A stretch of DNA of 64,000 nucleotides from Bugula neritina (lineage: Eukaryota > Animalia > Bryozoa): positions 35,576,108 to 35,640,107 of the forward strand of contig OZ037765.1 of the NCBI GenBank assembly GCA_964035545.1, written 5' to 3'. Shown here piece after piece: positions 1-13,974 of the stretch. Under the pieces are notes generated by a model. It did not search any database, was not told the DNA's origin, and worked only from the letters and a program-made list of their open reading frames with translations. The first letter of the stretch is position 1, and each line of letters begins with the position of its first letter. The position numbers and the translations under genes are program-made.

Positions 1-781
1 GGACCCCTGGCCTGAGAGTATGGCCGAGAATATTTTTGCCACTACATCCCTGTATATACACTTACACTTTGTAATATACACATACACTTTGTAATATACA
101 CATACACTTGGTAATATACACTTACACTTGGTAGTATACACTTACACTTGGTAATATACACTTACACTTGGTAATATACACTTACACTTGGTAATATACA
201 CTTACACTTGGTAATATACACTTACACTTGGTAATATACACTTACACTTGGTAATATACACTTACACTTGGTAATATACACTTACACTTGGTAATATACA
301 CTTACACTTGGTAATATACACTTACACTTGGTAATATACACTTACACTTGGTAATATACACTTACACTTGGTAGTATACACTTACACTTGGTAATATACA
401 CTTACACTTGGTAATATACACTTACACTTGGTAATATACACTTACACTTGGTAATATACACTTACACTTGGTAATATACACTTACACTTGGTAATATACA
501 CTTACACTTGGTAATATACACATACACTTGGTAATATACACTTACACTTGGTAGTATACACTTACACTTGGTAATATACACTTACACTTGGTAATATACA
601 CATACACTTGGTAATATACACTTACACTTGGTAATATACACTTACACTTGGTAATATACACTTACACTTGGTAATATTCACACTTACACTTGGTAATATA
701 CACTTACACTTGGTAATATACACTGCAAGCTGTATACCAAGTAGCTGTGATTATCCATTCAAATAATAGACTTGTATCCAT
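1..781 (-). CDS. Putative 5' end of an uncharacterised gene running off the window (exons 781-738 and 49-1)
   Basis: ATG at 781, donor TG|GTATAC at 737 and acceptor TATACAG| at 50. The spliced frame is open: MDTSLLFEWIITATWDVVAKIFSAILSGQGS. No homology recognised. Confidence 0.35.
54..722. repeat. 20-bp tandem repeat (cacttacacttggtaatata)n, about 33 copies
   Basis: Visible 20-bp period. Each unit reads GTAAGT on the minus strand. Confidence 0.95.
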
Positions 782-1454
782 GTGGGTATCTCGTATTTTA
801 CACAGGAAGTTTGAGTTGATACTATGGTTATATATAATATCATATAATATATTAGTCATGTGATAATCAGCAGGGAAAATAAGTTTAGGTTCAAAAGTTG
901 CAAAATTTTATTAGGAGTTACCATAACCCATCAATTGAATGTTTCAAGTTCTCAGTAAAACTGTATACAACTAGTAGTGAATACATTATGGATTCAGGGC
1001 AGGAATATACATTCTGTTCAAATATTTCCATTATATAACAATAAATAGTAGTATATGTACAGGTCCTTCTAATATAAGGGAAAATAACTCCTAATAATTA
1101 GTAAATAGAGAGCCCTCTATGGGTCCACGTGTTGCCGCATATTACAACTCATGAAGTGTGACTATAGGAAACATATGCCTGTCATACAAACATTAATTCT
1201 GATGAAGATGCGTTGATAATGTGAATCTTTTGATATGAATGATTTTCCTGTTGAGAAAAGTTTGTATATTCAATAAGAATTAGGAGAAAAATTTTGTGTA
1301 GCAATTGTTAAATTCTGATCACAGCAAGTTTTGTAAAAAAATGTACTTGTTTGGGTAAAAATATATGACTTATAAATTTTTTAGCCAATTAAAATGCACC
1401 ATTTGTTGATCTAGACATTTTCAAAGGTGAAAACAAAATACATAAACGCATAAA

Positions 1455-1725
1455 ACACACAGTATAACATACTACATACAACACATAGTATAACATACTA
1501 CATACAACACATAGTATAATATACTACATACAACACATAGTATAATATACTACATACAACACATAGTACAACACACAGTATAATATACTACATACAACAC
1601 ATAGTATAATATACTACATACAACACACAGTATAATATACTACATACAACACACAGTATAATATACTACATACAACACACAGTATAATATACTACATACA
1701 ACACACAGTACAACACACAGTATAA
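1455..1725. repeat. About 26-bp tandem repeat (acacatagtataatatactacataca)n just downstream of the CAP-Gly stop
   Basis: Direct inspection. Confidence 0.9.
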
Positions 1726-1732
1726 CAGAGTA

Positions 1733-3169
1733 TTAGAAGGAAATGTCATTCCACACTGTAGACTTCATTGACTGTCTAGCCTTAGGGTAGCTCAACTCTC
1801 GGGTCCAAGGGACCCCGTCCCAACCTCTTTTAGTCTGCAACATTAAGAAACTGTGCTATGACACAGTACACACTACAGTGTAACATAATACACTACAGTA
1901 TAACATAATATACTACAGCGTAACATAATATACTACAGTGTAACATTATACACTACAGTGCAACATAATATACTACAGTACAACATAATATACTACAGTA
2001 TAACATAATATACTACAGTGTAACATAATATACTACAGTATAACATAATATGCTACAGACTATACAAGACAGCTAACCTGTTTTCTCTGAGCAGAGTGAG
2101 GCATGTGAGTTTTAGGAATACTGGGCACAGGTTCCCAGTCTATCCGGTCCGGAGAAGGGCAAGTATGTATAGGCTCCGAAGTGTAGGTGTACTGCAAGAC
2201 TGAGGTACTAGGTCTAGTCATGGTAGCAGCTGGTATTCTTCTACTCACAGAGCCGGTCAATGCGTGTTCCTTAGAATTGTACCTGGAGCCTAGGGCTAAG
2301 GCAGAGAACAGAGGCTAATTACTTTCACCTTTGCATGGCATTGAAGCATCTACAGCCAAAGAAGTGATTAGTGTAGACTTACTGTCGAAGAGGTCAGAGT
2401 TGGCAGACGGAGAGATCATGCGTAGCTGGTTCTTGCTGATGTATATCGGGTCGTATGGTCCGTTAGTCACCTCAGGTGCTGCTTCCTTCCTCCCAAACAA
2501 GAGTTCATCTGCACCAGTGTCATATCTCTTGTTGTATTTGTTGAATATTCTATAAGGTATCACATAATATTACTATATTATACTATATTACTATACATAT
2601 ATTACTATACATATATTACTATATTACTATACATATATTACCATACATATATTACTAGACATTTATTACCATACATATATTACTATACTATTATATTATT
2701 ATATATTCTAGAACTTATTACCTGCGTCTTGTATTCTGAATCAGCCTCAAATTCCCAGCCCTAGCGAATACCCCGTGATTAGTCCTGCAGTCAAAGTACC
2801 GTCTCCCTTTGTACAGTCCATTGTGTTGGCCAGCTATAAATAGTAACACCAGTTTGTATAAAACAAGATGGCTAATTCCTTCAACATATTATTATGAGAT
2901 CACCAACTTTACAGAAACCCATGCAAATTCATAGCCTATGTTATAAGCATTAGTTATATGGATATAATAATATTCTATTGTAAGTTCTTCTAAACATCTA
3001 GTTACCATGGAAACTGATACAACTCACCTGGCATGTCTAAAGCTATGCCCACCCAGTCTCCCTGAAGAGTGTTGACCCCACCTTTGTACTTGACTGTCCC
3101 TTTTATAACATTGCCATGGTACAACAACTCCACACGCTGATTAATAGTCACATTGGAATATAACACCAT
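1733..3169 (-). CDS. CAP-Gly domain protein, about 245 aa; exons 3169-3028, 2833-2722, 2549-2383, 2295-2078, 1834-1733
   Basis: Spliced translation MVLYSNVTINQRVELLYHGNVIKGTVKYKGGVNTLQGDWVGIALDMPAGQHNGLYKGRRYFDCRTNHGVFAR fits the CAP-Gly pattern (G.WVGI.LD.P.GKNDG...G.RYF.C...HG.F). Junctions are GT-AG and in phase. The exon 3/4 boundary is less certain. Confidence 0.8.
1860..2060. repeat. Intronic 20-bp repeat (taacataatatactacagtg)n
   Basis: Direct inspection; fills the last CAP-Gly intron. Confidence 0.9.
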
Positions 3170-4319
3170 ATCTTAGGTCATCACACTGAAATCTAAAGCA
3201 ACCAAAAAAATTGTGTAACACATAACAATTATTTAATTATTGATGAAGAAATACACGCACACGTGCACATATATGAAGGAGAATGCAAACAAATATTAAA
3301 AATTGATGAGCAACTACTTGCATTTACTTTTAGCAAATTTATACAATCAATAATTATAAACTTGTAACATGAAGTCAGTTACTTTAAATTTAAGGTTAGC
3401 TACGCTCAATTAATGATCAAATCAAAATTACAATAAAAATGCTAATAACTACCAAATTGAAATTATCAATTTGTGTTTGATGCTATTAAATTGTAACGTC
3501 CATTAAACTTAAAGTTAACTAATAGTAATATTATTGAATCTTTTAAATCCTAGTTATATTTAGTTGCTGAGATAATTTTGATTTCATACTAAAACGCATT
3601 GTCATCATCTTAAAAAAAATTGTCAACGGTATAAACGTCAAAAGCTAAAAATCAAATTCAATGTGAATGAAGTCATTGTCAATTTGGGCTTTGACACGAT
3701 TAACTTGCAAAAAACTTACCAATTTGTCACAAATCAATCAAACTTTCTATATCCGTTCTATTTGTTATAAATTACTATTAATTGAGCAATCCCGGCTCTG
3801 CTGAGCCAAGTAGGTAAACAGATCAAACCTCTAATAATGTACGCTGCTGATGAAAAGTTTCTAACATTCCTCACATTGAGTCACTTATATAATTATTAAT
3901 CGTAATGTGAGATGTGTTTTCATTAGTTACAAAAAGTGCAGCAACGCAGCAACTGATACCATTGCTATGATTGAACAGAGCAAACCCAAAGGGTCAAAGT
4001 GTGATTCATGACTCGTTCGATAGAAAAACGCAATGCAAGGAGTTGTCTTTAAATGACAAAATCTGAGTCTCAAGAATATATCCAGTTCTGACGTGATAAA
4101 AACGATAATTTAGTGGAGCAAGACACTACCCGGTTTAAAGGCGTGTTCACTAACAGCAACAAGCATGATTTGATTTCTCGCATTTTTTATGCTTTTGAAC
4201 TGGGGATCCAAGTACCGCAATTTAAAATTTCATGAATCTGTAATAATACTGGTTTGCAAAGCTTTTTAGCTCGCTTGATTTTTACAAATAGTTCTATCGC
4301 ATGCAAATATACAACTACA

Positions 4320-7300
4320 ATGATAAGGAATGGTGCAAGAAAAGTTGCTAGCAAGTTTTACGCTGCTAGTAGTAATAGCAATGTAAACGTGAACATCGAC
4401 TTTCATTTTGCAAGAGGTGAGTGTCAGTATAGCCATAGGCATAAGGCTCAGCATTGCAGTTGCCATTTGCATGTTTTTGTAGTTTTGCTTTAACCTTCAC
4501 CTAAAGTACTAGATTTTATTATATTTTTTAGTTTTATTTATTATATTCGGAATTCAGTTAGAATTAATATTATTCAAATAATTTTATTTGTATGAGAGTA
4601 TTTAATATTATTAATATTTATATTAATCATTATGATTGTCATCATAATATTAATTTAATAGTAATACTAATAGTAATAGTATTACTATTACTAATAGTCA
4701 CCAATATACGTATTGAATTTAATATTAAGTAGCTGGCCCTCAACCTTGGGCATAAAAACAAGTAAAGCTCATGACAAATTACTGAATGGGTTGATACACC
4801 CTCTCTAAAGCAATATGCCTACCTATGAAATCTAATACACTGTTAAAAATATTACTCTACTACTCAATCACAACCAAAAACTGAGGCGCGCTCCTTTTGC
4901 CACTAGGCGGTCTAGCGCCATGTCACCATTGATGTAAGTTGGGCTTGGTGTTTAGGACAAATTAAAATTAAAAATGAATTAGTAAAAATAATATAATCAT
5001 AGTCATAATGATAATGATAATCACCACGTTAGTACTGTTTGAGCTGTATTGACTGAACAGGAACCTAACAGTAACCCTGTCTATGTGCTAATCTTCATAT
5101 CCCTGATAGTTCTTGGGAGAATCAATCATAATTATCTACATTACTCATAGTGATTATTATTAAGATTATGATACTGATTATCATTATCCATACTGTTAGT
5201 ATTAGTGTGTTTATTAGCAGCTCATAGATACATAATTTAATCATATCTGTACTAGTGAAGTTATCCTCAATCCTTCAGTTCATGAAATCTTCTACTCACA
5301 GTATAAATACTGATAATAGTACTCATCACTCTTTATTGTTGAAGGATGGCACTCAAGTCAATATAAATTAACATTTCTGATGTTTCAATCAAATATCTAG
5401 TGTATCCAATACAGTAGCTGTGTCCAGTGTGAGCTGATTTTCCCTATTTTACGGATTGTTTGTTTTGCAGGTCTTTCGAGTTTAAAATGTGTTATTGGAG
5501 GTTCCCAAAAGGGCAAAGGTCATTATGGTTCTGACTCACATCAGAAAGACACTTCCATGTGGCCTTCAATGGCGCTGGGTATGGCTTTCGGGGCTGCAGG
5601 ACTCACATACTTGGTGAGACTGCTTTTACTGTTTGGACATTATTACTACTAGTCATGTGACTAGTAGTCATGTGACTAGTAGTCACGTGACTACTAGTCA
5701 CATAATTAGTAGTCACGTGACTTACACATTGTCACTAATAGCATGTGTTTTATGTTGACAGACCATATCAGATGATCAACCAGCATTGTGTGAGAGACCA
5801 ATGTCTAGACCAAGGCCTGGGGTTCCTCAGGTAGTATTACAAAGACGTATTTATATGCTACATAGTTGAGTACTATCTACTACTAAATATATGCAACTGT
5901 GACAGTGCCGATATTGTTCTGCGAATTAGCTAAAATTTAAGCATAAAAGGCTTTTAACATTTGTGTCGTTTCTTTATAATAATATTACATATCGTTGCAA
6001 ATTTTCAGCTGTAGTTTTATAATGAAAAACAAGCCAATTGGTATCTTTCAGCATTCCGTTTGATTATACTCTCTGTACATCTGCTACTCTCTGTACGTCT
6101 ACTACTCTCTGTACGTCTGCTACTCTCTGTACGTCTGCTACTCTCTGTACGTCTGCTACTCTTTGTACGTCTGCTACTCTCTGTACGTCTGCTACTCTCT
6201 GTACGTCTGCTACTCTCTGTACGTCTGCTACTCTCTGTACGTCTGCTACTCTCTGTACGTCTGCTACTCTTTGTACGTCTGCTACTCTTTGTACGTCTGC
6301 TACTCTTTGTACGTCTGCTACTCTCTGTACGTCTACTACTCTCTGTACGTCTGCTACTCTCTGTACGTCTGCTACTCTCTGTACGTCTACTACTCTCTGT
6401 ACGTCTGCTACTCTCTGTACGTCTGCTACTCTCTGTACGTCTGCTACTCTTTGTACGTCTGCTACTCTCTGTACGTCTGCTACTCTCTGTACGTCTGCTA
6501 CTCTCTGTACGTCTGCTACTCTCTGTACGTCTGCTACTCTCTGTACGTCTGCTACTCTCTGTACGTCTGCTACTCTCTGTACGTCTGCTACTCTCTGTAC
6601 GTCTGCTACTCTCTGTACGTCTGCTACTCTCTGTACGTCTGCTACTCTCTGCACGTCTGCTACTCTCTGTACGTCTGCTACTCTCTGTACGTCTGCTACT
6701 CTCTGTACGTCTGCTACTCTCTGTACGTCTGCTACTCTCTGTACGTCTGCTACTCTCTGTACGTCTGCTACTCTTTGTACGTCTGCTACTCTCTGTACGT
6801 CTGCTACTCTCTGTACGCCTGCTACTCTCTGTACGTCTGCTACTCTCTGTACGTCTGCTACTCTCTGTACGTCTGCTACTCTCTGTACGTCTGCTACTGT
6901 AGCTAACCACTGGTCCATACCTTTCCATCCGTAGAAAGCCCAGGAGACTCAGTCTGAAGTCCCGCCTCCTCTCACTCTTCCAAAGCACGTGCCTTACCTC
7001 ATTATTGGAGCAGGAACTGCAGCGATGGCTGCCTACAGATCTATTAGAACCAGGGAGGTGAACGCTAGGGTGCTGCTGGTAGGAGAGGAGGAGTATAACC
7101 CCTACATGAGACCCCCTCTCAGCAAGGTGTGTTGTCCCTCTCAGCAAGGTGTGTTGTCTCTCTCAGCAAGGTGTGTTGTCTCTCTCAGCAAGGTGTGTTG
7201 TCCCTCTCAGCAAGGTGTGTTGTCCCTCTCAGCAAGGTGTGTTGTCTCTCTCGGTACAGTGTAATGTGACTCAGTATAGTGTAGTGTGACTCAGTGTAGT

Positions 7301-9100
7301 GACTCAGTATAGTGTAATGTGACTCAGTGTAGTGACTCAGTATAGTGTGACTCAGTATAGTGTAGTGTGACTCAGTGTAGTAACTCAGTGTAGTGACTCA
7401 GTATAGTGTAGTGTGACTCAGTGCTGTGACTCAGTGTAGTAACTCAGTGTAGTGACTCAGTATAGTGTAGTGTGACTCAGTGTAGTGACTCAGTGTAGTA
7501 ACTCAGTGTAGTGACTCAGTGTAGTGTGCTGTGACTGCAGGACATGTGGTTCTGTGAAAAGTCCTTAACTCAAGAGAATAAATTCAAAACATGGAGTGGC
7601 AAAGACAGAAGTCTATTCTTTGAGAAGGACTCGTATTACTGCAGTCCTACGGAGCTGAGTGCATCTGAGAAGGGTGGGGTGGCAGTCCTCACTGGGCATA
7701 AGGTAGGTCCATAGGCTATACAGTGTTACTACTGTATTACTACTATATTACTACTATATTACTACTATATTACTACTGTATTACTACTATATTATTACTC
7801 TATTACCACTCTATTACTACTGTATTACTACTATATTACTACTCTATTACTACTATATTACTACTCTATTACTACTATATTACTACTCCATTACTACTAT
7901 ATTACTACTCTATTACTACTCTATTACTACTATATTACTACTATATTACTACCATATTACTACTCTATTACTACTATATTACTACTATATTACTACTCTA
8001 TTACTACTATATTACTACTCTATTACTACTATATTACTACTCCATTGCTACTCTATTACTACTGTATTACTACTATATTACTACTCTATTACTACTCTAT
8101 TACTACTATATTACTACTGTATTACTACTATATTACTACTATATTACTACCATATTATTACTATATTACTACTATATTACTACTATATTACTACTCTATT
8201 ACTACTGTATTATTACTATATTACTACTATATTACTACCATATTACTACTATATTACTACTATATTACTACTATATTACTACCATATTACTACTATATTA
8301 CTACCATATTACTACTATATTACTACTATATTACTACTCTATTACTACTCTATTACTACTCTATTACTACTATATTACTACTCTATTACTACTCTATTAC
8401 TACTATATTACTACTATATTACTACTGTATTCAGGTGAGCTCCCTCAACACCAGCACCAAGCAGGCCACTCTCTCTAACGGAGTCGTCATCTCCTATGAC
8501 AAGTGTCTCATAGCCACTGGAGGCAGACCCAGGAACCTGGAGGTGCTGGAGACTGCCGGTGCAGACCTCATGGAGAAAGTCACCCTGTTCAGAAACATCA
8601 AAGACTTCAGGTGGTGCAGCAGAATCTGTTCTGATGACATAGTTGTAGCTCAACATTCATTTCTCAGTCTCTCATCAGCTCTTTGTATCCTCAATGCTCA
8701 TTGGCTGTCTTGGTATTGTGCAGACGACTGGACGATGTTACTGACTCGTGTAAATCAGTGATAGTGATTGGAGGAGGCTTTCTAGGCAGTGAGTTGGCCT
8801 GTGCTTTGGGGAAGAAGTCCGCTGCTCGGGATATGACTGTGACGCAGGTGTTTCCTGAATCAGGTATGTGGTCACTCTGCTCCACTTCCTGTTTGTAGTC
8901 TGAGAAAGGAATATTGTACATGTGACTTATGCCTTCAGGTAACATGGGAAGAGTGTTACCTGCGTACCTCAGTGAGTGGAGCACAGGTAAAGTGAAGTCA
9001 GAGAATGTCAACGTGCTGCCGGGGGTGTCAGTGAGCAGCTCTCGGCTTTCAGAGGATGGCAGTCAAGTGGAACTGAGTCTAAGCAACGGTCAACAGGTGA

Positions 9101-9134
<34 letters not shown>

Positions 9135-9135
9135 G

Positions 9136-9174
<39 letters not shown>

Positions 9175-12100
9175 ATACTACTACTACTACTGCTACTACT
9201 ACTACTAATACTGCTAATACTGCTAATACTACTACTACTACTAGTACTACTACTACTACTACTACTACTCTGTTTCAGGTCTCTGCTGAGCATGTAGTCG
9301 TTGCTGTGGGCCTGGAACCTAACACAGAACTGGCTGACACTGCAGGACTGGAAGTTGACTCCAGATTTGGAGGATTTCTTGTGAATGCAGAGCTGGAGGC
9401 AGCAACAGACGTGTGGGTGGCTGGAGATGCTGCCTGCTTTTATGATGTCAAGGTCTTTTCTCACTTCCTATTTGTTCTTACTTCCTGTTTGTTCTTACTT
9501 CCTGTTATATACACATCTACTTCCTGTTATATACACATCTACTTCCTGTTATATATACATCTACTTCCTGTTATATACACATCTACTTCCTGTTATATAT
9601 ACATCTACTTCCTGTTATATACACATCTACTTCCTGTTATATATACATCTACTTCCTGTTATGTACACATCTACTTCCTGTTATATACACATCTACTTCC
9701 TGTTATATATACATCTACTTCCTGTTACGTACACATCTACTTCCTGTTATATATACATCTACTTCCTGTTATATATACATCTACTTCCTGTTATATATAC
9801 ATCTACTTCCTGTTATATATGCATCTACTTCCTGTTATATATACATCTACTTCCTGTTATATATACATCTACTTCCTGTTATATATACATCTACTTCCTG
9901 TTATATACATCTACTTCCTGTTATATATACATCTACTTCCTGTTATATACACATCTACTTCCTGTTATATATACATCTACTTCCTGTTATATATGCATCT
10001 ACTTCCTGTTATATATACATCTACTTCCTGTTATATACACATCTACTTCCTGTTATATATACATGTTGTGTTTGTGTACAGCTGGGCAGAAGAAGAGTTG
10101 AACATCACGATCACGCCGTGGTTAGTGGCCGACTGGCTGGAGAAAATATGACTGGCGCGTCTAGAAGGTTCTTACACCAGTCCATGTTCTGGTAAGTATT
10201 CTTACACCAGTCCATGTTCTGGTTAGTATTCTTACATCAGTCCATGTTCTGGTTAGTATTCTAGAAGCTTCCCACATATTATACTCGGGGAAACACTACG
10301 CTTTCCGGCAAGTGAAATATGTTACCTGCTCTGTGATAGGTCGGACTTGGGACCCGACGTAGGCTATGAAGCCATTGGATTGGTGAGTTCTGACCTGCCC
10401 ACAGTATCCGTGTTTGCCAAGAGCTCTGCTGCCGACACTCCGGCAGCCGTAGAGGAGAAGACAGGAGAGTCTCTCCGGTCAGAGACAGAGCAGAACAAAC
10501 AGGTACTCGCTGACTTTATACTCGCTGTCTGCATACTCTCTGTCTATATACTCGCTGACTTTATACTCGCTGACTTTCTACTCTCTGACTTTCTACTCTC
10601 TGTCTATATACTCTCTGTCTATATACTCTCTGTCTATATACTCTCTGTCTGTATACTCTCTCTGTCTATATACTCTCTGTCTATATACTCTCTGTCTGTA
10701 TACTCTCTGTCTATATACTCTCTGTCTATATACTCTCTGTCTATATACTCTCTGTCTGTATACTCTCTGTCTATATACTCTCTGTCTATATACTCTCTGT
10801 CTATATACTCTCTGTCTATATACTCTCTGTCTATATACTCTCTGTCTATATACTCTCTGTCTATATACTCTCTGTCTATATACTCTCTGTCTATATACTC
10901 TCTGTCTATATACTCTCTGTCTATATACTCTCTGTCTATATACTCTCGTCTATATACTCTCTGTCTGTATACTCTCTGTCTATATACTCTCTGTCTATAT
11001 ACTCTCTGTCTATATACTCTCTGTCTATATACTCTCTGTCTATATACTCTCTGTCTATATACTCTCTGTCTATATACTCTCTGTCTATATACTCTCTGTC
11101 TGTATACTCTCTGTCTATATACTCTCTGTCTATATACTCTCTGTCTATATACTCTCTGTCTATATACTCTCTGTCTATATACTCTCTGTCTGTATACTCT
11201 CTGTCTATATACTCTCTGTCTGTATACTCTCTGTCTATATACTCTCTGTCTATATACTCTCTGTCTATATACTCTCGTCTATATACTCTCTGTCTATATA
11301 CTCTCTGTCTATATACTCTCTGTCTATATACTCTCTGTCTGTATACTCTCTGTCTATATACTCTCTGTCTATATACTCTCTGTCTATATACTCTCTGTCT
11401 ATATACTCGCTGACTTTATACTCTCTGTCTATATACTCTCTGTCTATATACTCTCTGTCTATATACTCTCTGTCTGTATACTCTCTGTCTATATACTCTC
11501 TGTCTGTATACTCTCTGTCTATATACTCTCTGTCTATATACTCTCTGTCTGTATACTCTCTGTCTATATACTCTCTATCTATATACTCTCTGTCTATATA
11601 CTCTCTGTCTATATACTCTCTGACTGTATACTCTCTGTCTATATACTCTCTGTCTATATACTCTCTGTCTATATACTCTCTGTCTATATACTCTCTGTCT
11701 ATATACTCTCTGTCTATATACTCTCTGTCTATATACTCTCTGTCTATATACTCTCTGACTTTCTACTCTCTGTCTATATACTCTCTGTCTATATACTCTC
11801 TGTCTGTATACTCTCTGTCTACACTCACTTCAGATGTTCACTGTGCTCATCTTGTATTTTAGACGTCAACTGTAGTCCCTCAGCTTCCCCAGGGTGCTGG
11901 TGACAAGTTTGGCAAAGGAGTTATCTTCTACATGAAAGGAAAACGGGTGGTGGGTGTGGTTTGCTGGAACGTCTTTAACAAAATAGGAATTGCTAGAAAG
12001 GTTAGTCTGTGATTACAGCAGTGCTCCGATTTTACTGGCCTCTGAGGCTATATATATATTATATTATATTATATTACACTGTGTCTGTATATTATATTAT

Positions 12101-12336
12101 ATTATATTACACTGTGTCTGTATATTATATTATATTATATTACACTGTGTCTGTAGATTATACTATATATTATATTATATTATATTACACTGTGTCTGTA
12201 GATTATACTGTATATTATATTATATTATATTACGCTGTGTCTGTAGATTATCGGGGATGGAGCTGAACACGAGGATTTAGCTGAACTGGCGAAGCTGTTT
12301 GACCTTCACCAGTTAGAGGCTGCTGCTGAGGTGTAA
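4320..12336 (+). CDS. AIFM1: Apoptosis-inducing factor 1, mitochondrial; exons 4320-4416, 5471-5613, 5762-5830, 6935-7126, 7541-7702, 8435-8610, 8724-8863, 8939-9096, 9279-9452, 10082-10191, 10340-10502, 11863-12000, 12247-12336
   Basis: Basic N-terminal presequence and a TM segment. Motifs: [123 protein letters not shown]. All introns GT-AG and in phase. Confidence 0.95.
6067..6900. repeat. Intronic 18-bp repeat (tactctctgtacgtctgc)n, about 46 copies
   Basis: Visible period; explains the five spurious ORFs at 6017-7147. Confidence 0.95.
7114..7252 (+). repeat. 22-bp repeat spanning the AIFM1 exon 4 donor (ctctcagcaag|gtgtgttgtcc) x6
   Basis: AGCAAGGTGT occurs at 7121, 7143, 7165, 7187, 7209 and 7231. 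The first copy is the true junction. Confidence 0.95.
7260..7536. repeat. Intronic (gtgactcagtgta)-type array
   Basis: More than 15 TGACTCAG or TAACTCAG cores. Confidence 0.9.
7722..8430. repeat. Intronic 11-bp repeat (tactactatat)n
   Basis: Direct inspection. Confidence 0.95.
9102..9268. repeat. Intronic (CTA)n microsatellite
   Basis: Direct inspection. Confidence 0.95.
9465..10065. repeat. Intronic 22-bp repeat (tacatctacttcctgttatata)n
   Basis: Direct inspection; each unit contains ACTTCCTGT. Confidence 0.95.
10504..11822. repeat. Intronic 15-bp repeat (tatactctctgtcta)n
   Basis: Direct inspection. Confidence 0.95.
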
Positions 12337-12477
12337 CACGTCACACCGACATTCTCTCTCCAATTCTGATCTACCCATTCTCTGTACATCTATTCTTTTT
12401 TATGAAATAAAATAAAAATTCTATATTTCAGCTCACTTAAAGTGGGAGTTATCATCTCATGTAGTGTTCTCCTCCAT

Positions 12478-13170
12478 TAGTTTACTTGTATACTGCAAGT
12501 AGTAGTACTCTTGTAGTTTACTTATATACTGCAAGTAGTAATACTCTTGTAGTTTACTTGTATACTGCAAGTAGTAATAAACTCTTGTAGTTTACTTGTA
12601 TACTGCAAGTAGTAGTACTCTTGTAGTTTACTTATATACTGCAAGTAGTAATACTCTTGTAGTTTACTTATATACTGCAAGTAGTAGTACTCTTGTAGTT
12701 TACTTGTATACTGCAAGTAGTAGTACTCTTGTAGTTTACTTATATACTGCAAGTAGTAATACTCTTGTAGTTTACTTGTATACTGCAAGTAGTAATACTC
12801 TTGTAGTTTACTTATATACTGCAAGTAGTAGTACTCTTGTAGTTTACTTATATACTGCAAGTAGTAATACTCTTGTAGTTTACTTGTATACTGCAAGTAG
12901 TAGTACTCTTGTAGTTTACTTATATACTGCAAGTAGTAATACTCTTGTAGTTTACTTGTATACTGCAAGTAGTAGTACTCTTGTAGTTTACTTATATACT
13001 GCAAGTAGTAGTACTCTTGTAGTTTACTTGTATACTGCAAGTAGTAGTAGTACTCTTGTAGTTTACTTATATACTGCAAGTAGTAGTACTCTTGTAGTTT
13101 ACTTATATACTGCAAGTAGTAATACTCTTGTAGTTTACTTAAATACTGCAAGTAGTAATAAACTCTTGTA
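12478..13170. repeat. 36-bp tandem repeat (tatactgcaagtagtagtactcttgtagtttactta)n downstream of AIFM1
   Basis: Direct inspection; lies just after the AATAAA near 12406. Confidence 0.95.
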
Positions 13171-13289
13171 TTTTTTGCAGAATATAGTTTGATTAAACAA
13201 ATCAACTAAGATGAAGGTTAATAGATATATATACATATAGATGTAATTTGCAAGAGCTCAAAAAGCCTTCATCAAACTTCGTGAATTTT

Positions 13290-13358
13290 TCAAATTCCCC
13301 CTAAAATGTCCAAACCCCAAACCCTAGGGGGGAATTTCCCCCAGGTTGGGAACCACTG
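13290..13358 (-). mobile_element. Terminal fragment of a second hAT-type element
   Basis: Ends in AGGTTGGGAACCACTG, which is CAGTGGTTCCCAACCT on the minus strand, a typical hAT TIR. No partner TIR found. Confidence 0.5.
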
Positions 13359-13383
13359 CATTAGAAGATATGATAGCCTAAAC

Positions 13384-13725
13384 CAGGGGTGTCCAACCTT
13401 TTCAGAACGAGGGCCTCTGAAAGAAAATATTTGGGGCAGAGAGCCACATTGTAAACTTCGGCTTGAGCTGGGAGCCACAGCGATAGTATTTTTCAAATTA
13501 TTCTTTTCAAATTCCTATGACTCATTACACAATGAAGACCCGATAGTTACTGCAGGCTGCATGTTCTGTAGCATGTGTATAAATCAGATATTTAAAAGGT
13601 GGTTTTTAACTTTAATTCATGTATACTGTAAAAAATAATTATAGCTTTATGCCTTTGAGAGCCACATAAACGTAGGCGGGAGGGTGGCCACATCTAGCCC
13701 TGGGGCCGCCTGTTGGACAGCCCTG
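13384..13725. mobile_element. Non-autonomous hAT (Charlie-like) MITE, 342 bp
   Basis: TIRs CAGGGGTGTCCAAC and GTTGGACAGCCCTG. 8-bp TSD GCCTAAAC/GTCTAAAC (7/8 match). Three internal GAGCCACA motifs. Confidence 0.85.
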
Positions 13726-13974
13726 GTCTAAACATACTTGAAACACTTGCTACGCGCTTTCAGTTACGCGTTGCTGCAGGAGGAGGGAGAGAATGTGAAG
13801 GTCAGGTAGAGGTGATTACCATTGCCGTTGATATTTCATTATCTTTAATGTTTGAGTGGTACTTGAAATAATATCTGTATCTTATATGTCAAGTCTGATT
13901 GTAGAGGATTTGTTATAATATATCTGTATATATGGTATGGTGCTGTTAACACAGGTGATACGTATAAACTAAAC

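Noticed and set aside
4898-4915. CTCF-like GCCACTAGGCGG in AIFM1 intron 1
   Set aside because: A single short motif match that cannot be distinguished from chance.
6017-6934. Multi-frame repetitive ORFs (RRTESS, CTSATL, ADVQRV), and similar ones at 7723-8761, 10347-11903, 12522-13205, 42257-45656 and 46559-47889
   Set aside because: They are stop-free tandem repeats. Most lie between canonical splice sites of conserved genes, so they are not proteins.
13311-13324. CAAACCCCAAACCC, two telomere-like units: interstitial telomere or telomerase RNA template?
   Set aside because: Only 14 bp, inside an apparent hAT end fragment, with no other support.
13780-13800. Possible micro-exon CTGCAG|GAGGAGGGAGAGAATGTGAAG|GTCAG
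   Set aside because: It cannot be linked to a reading frame; it may be a UTR exon of the 17404 gene but this is unsupported.
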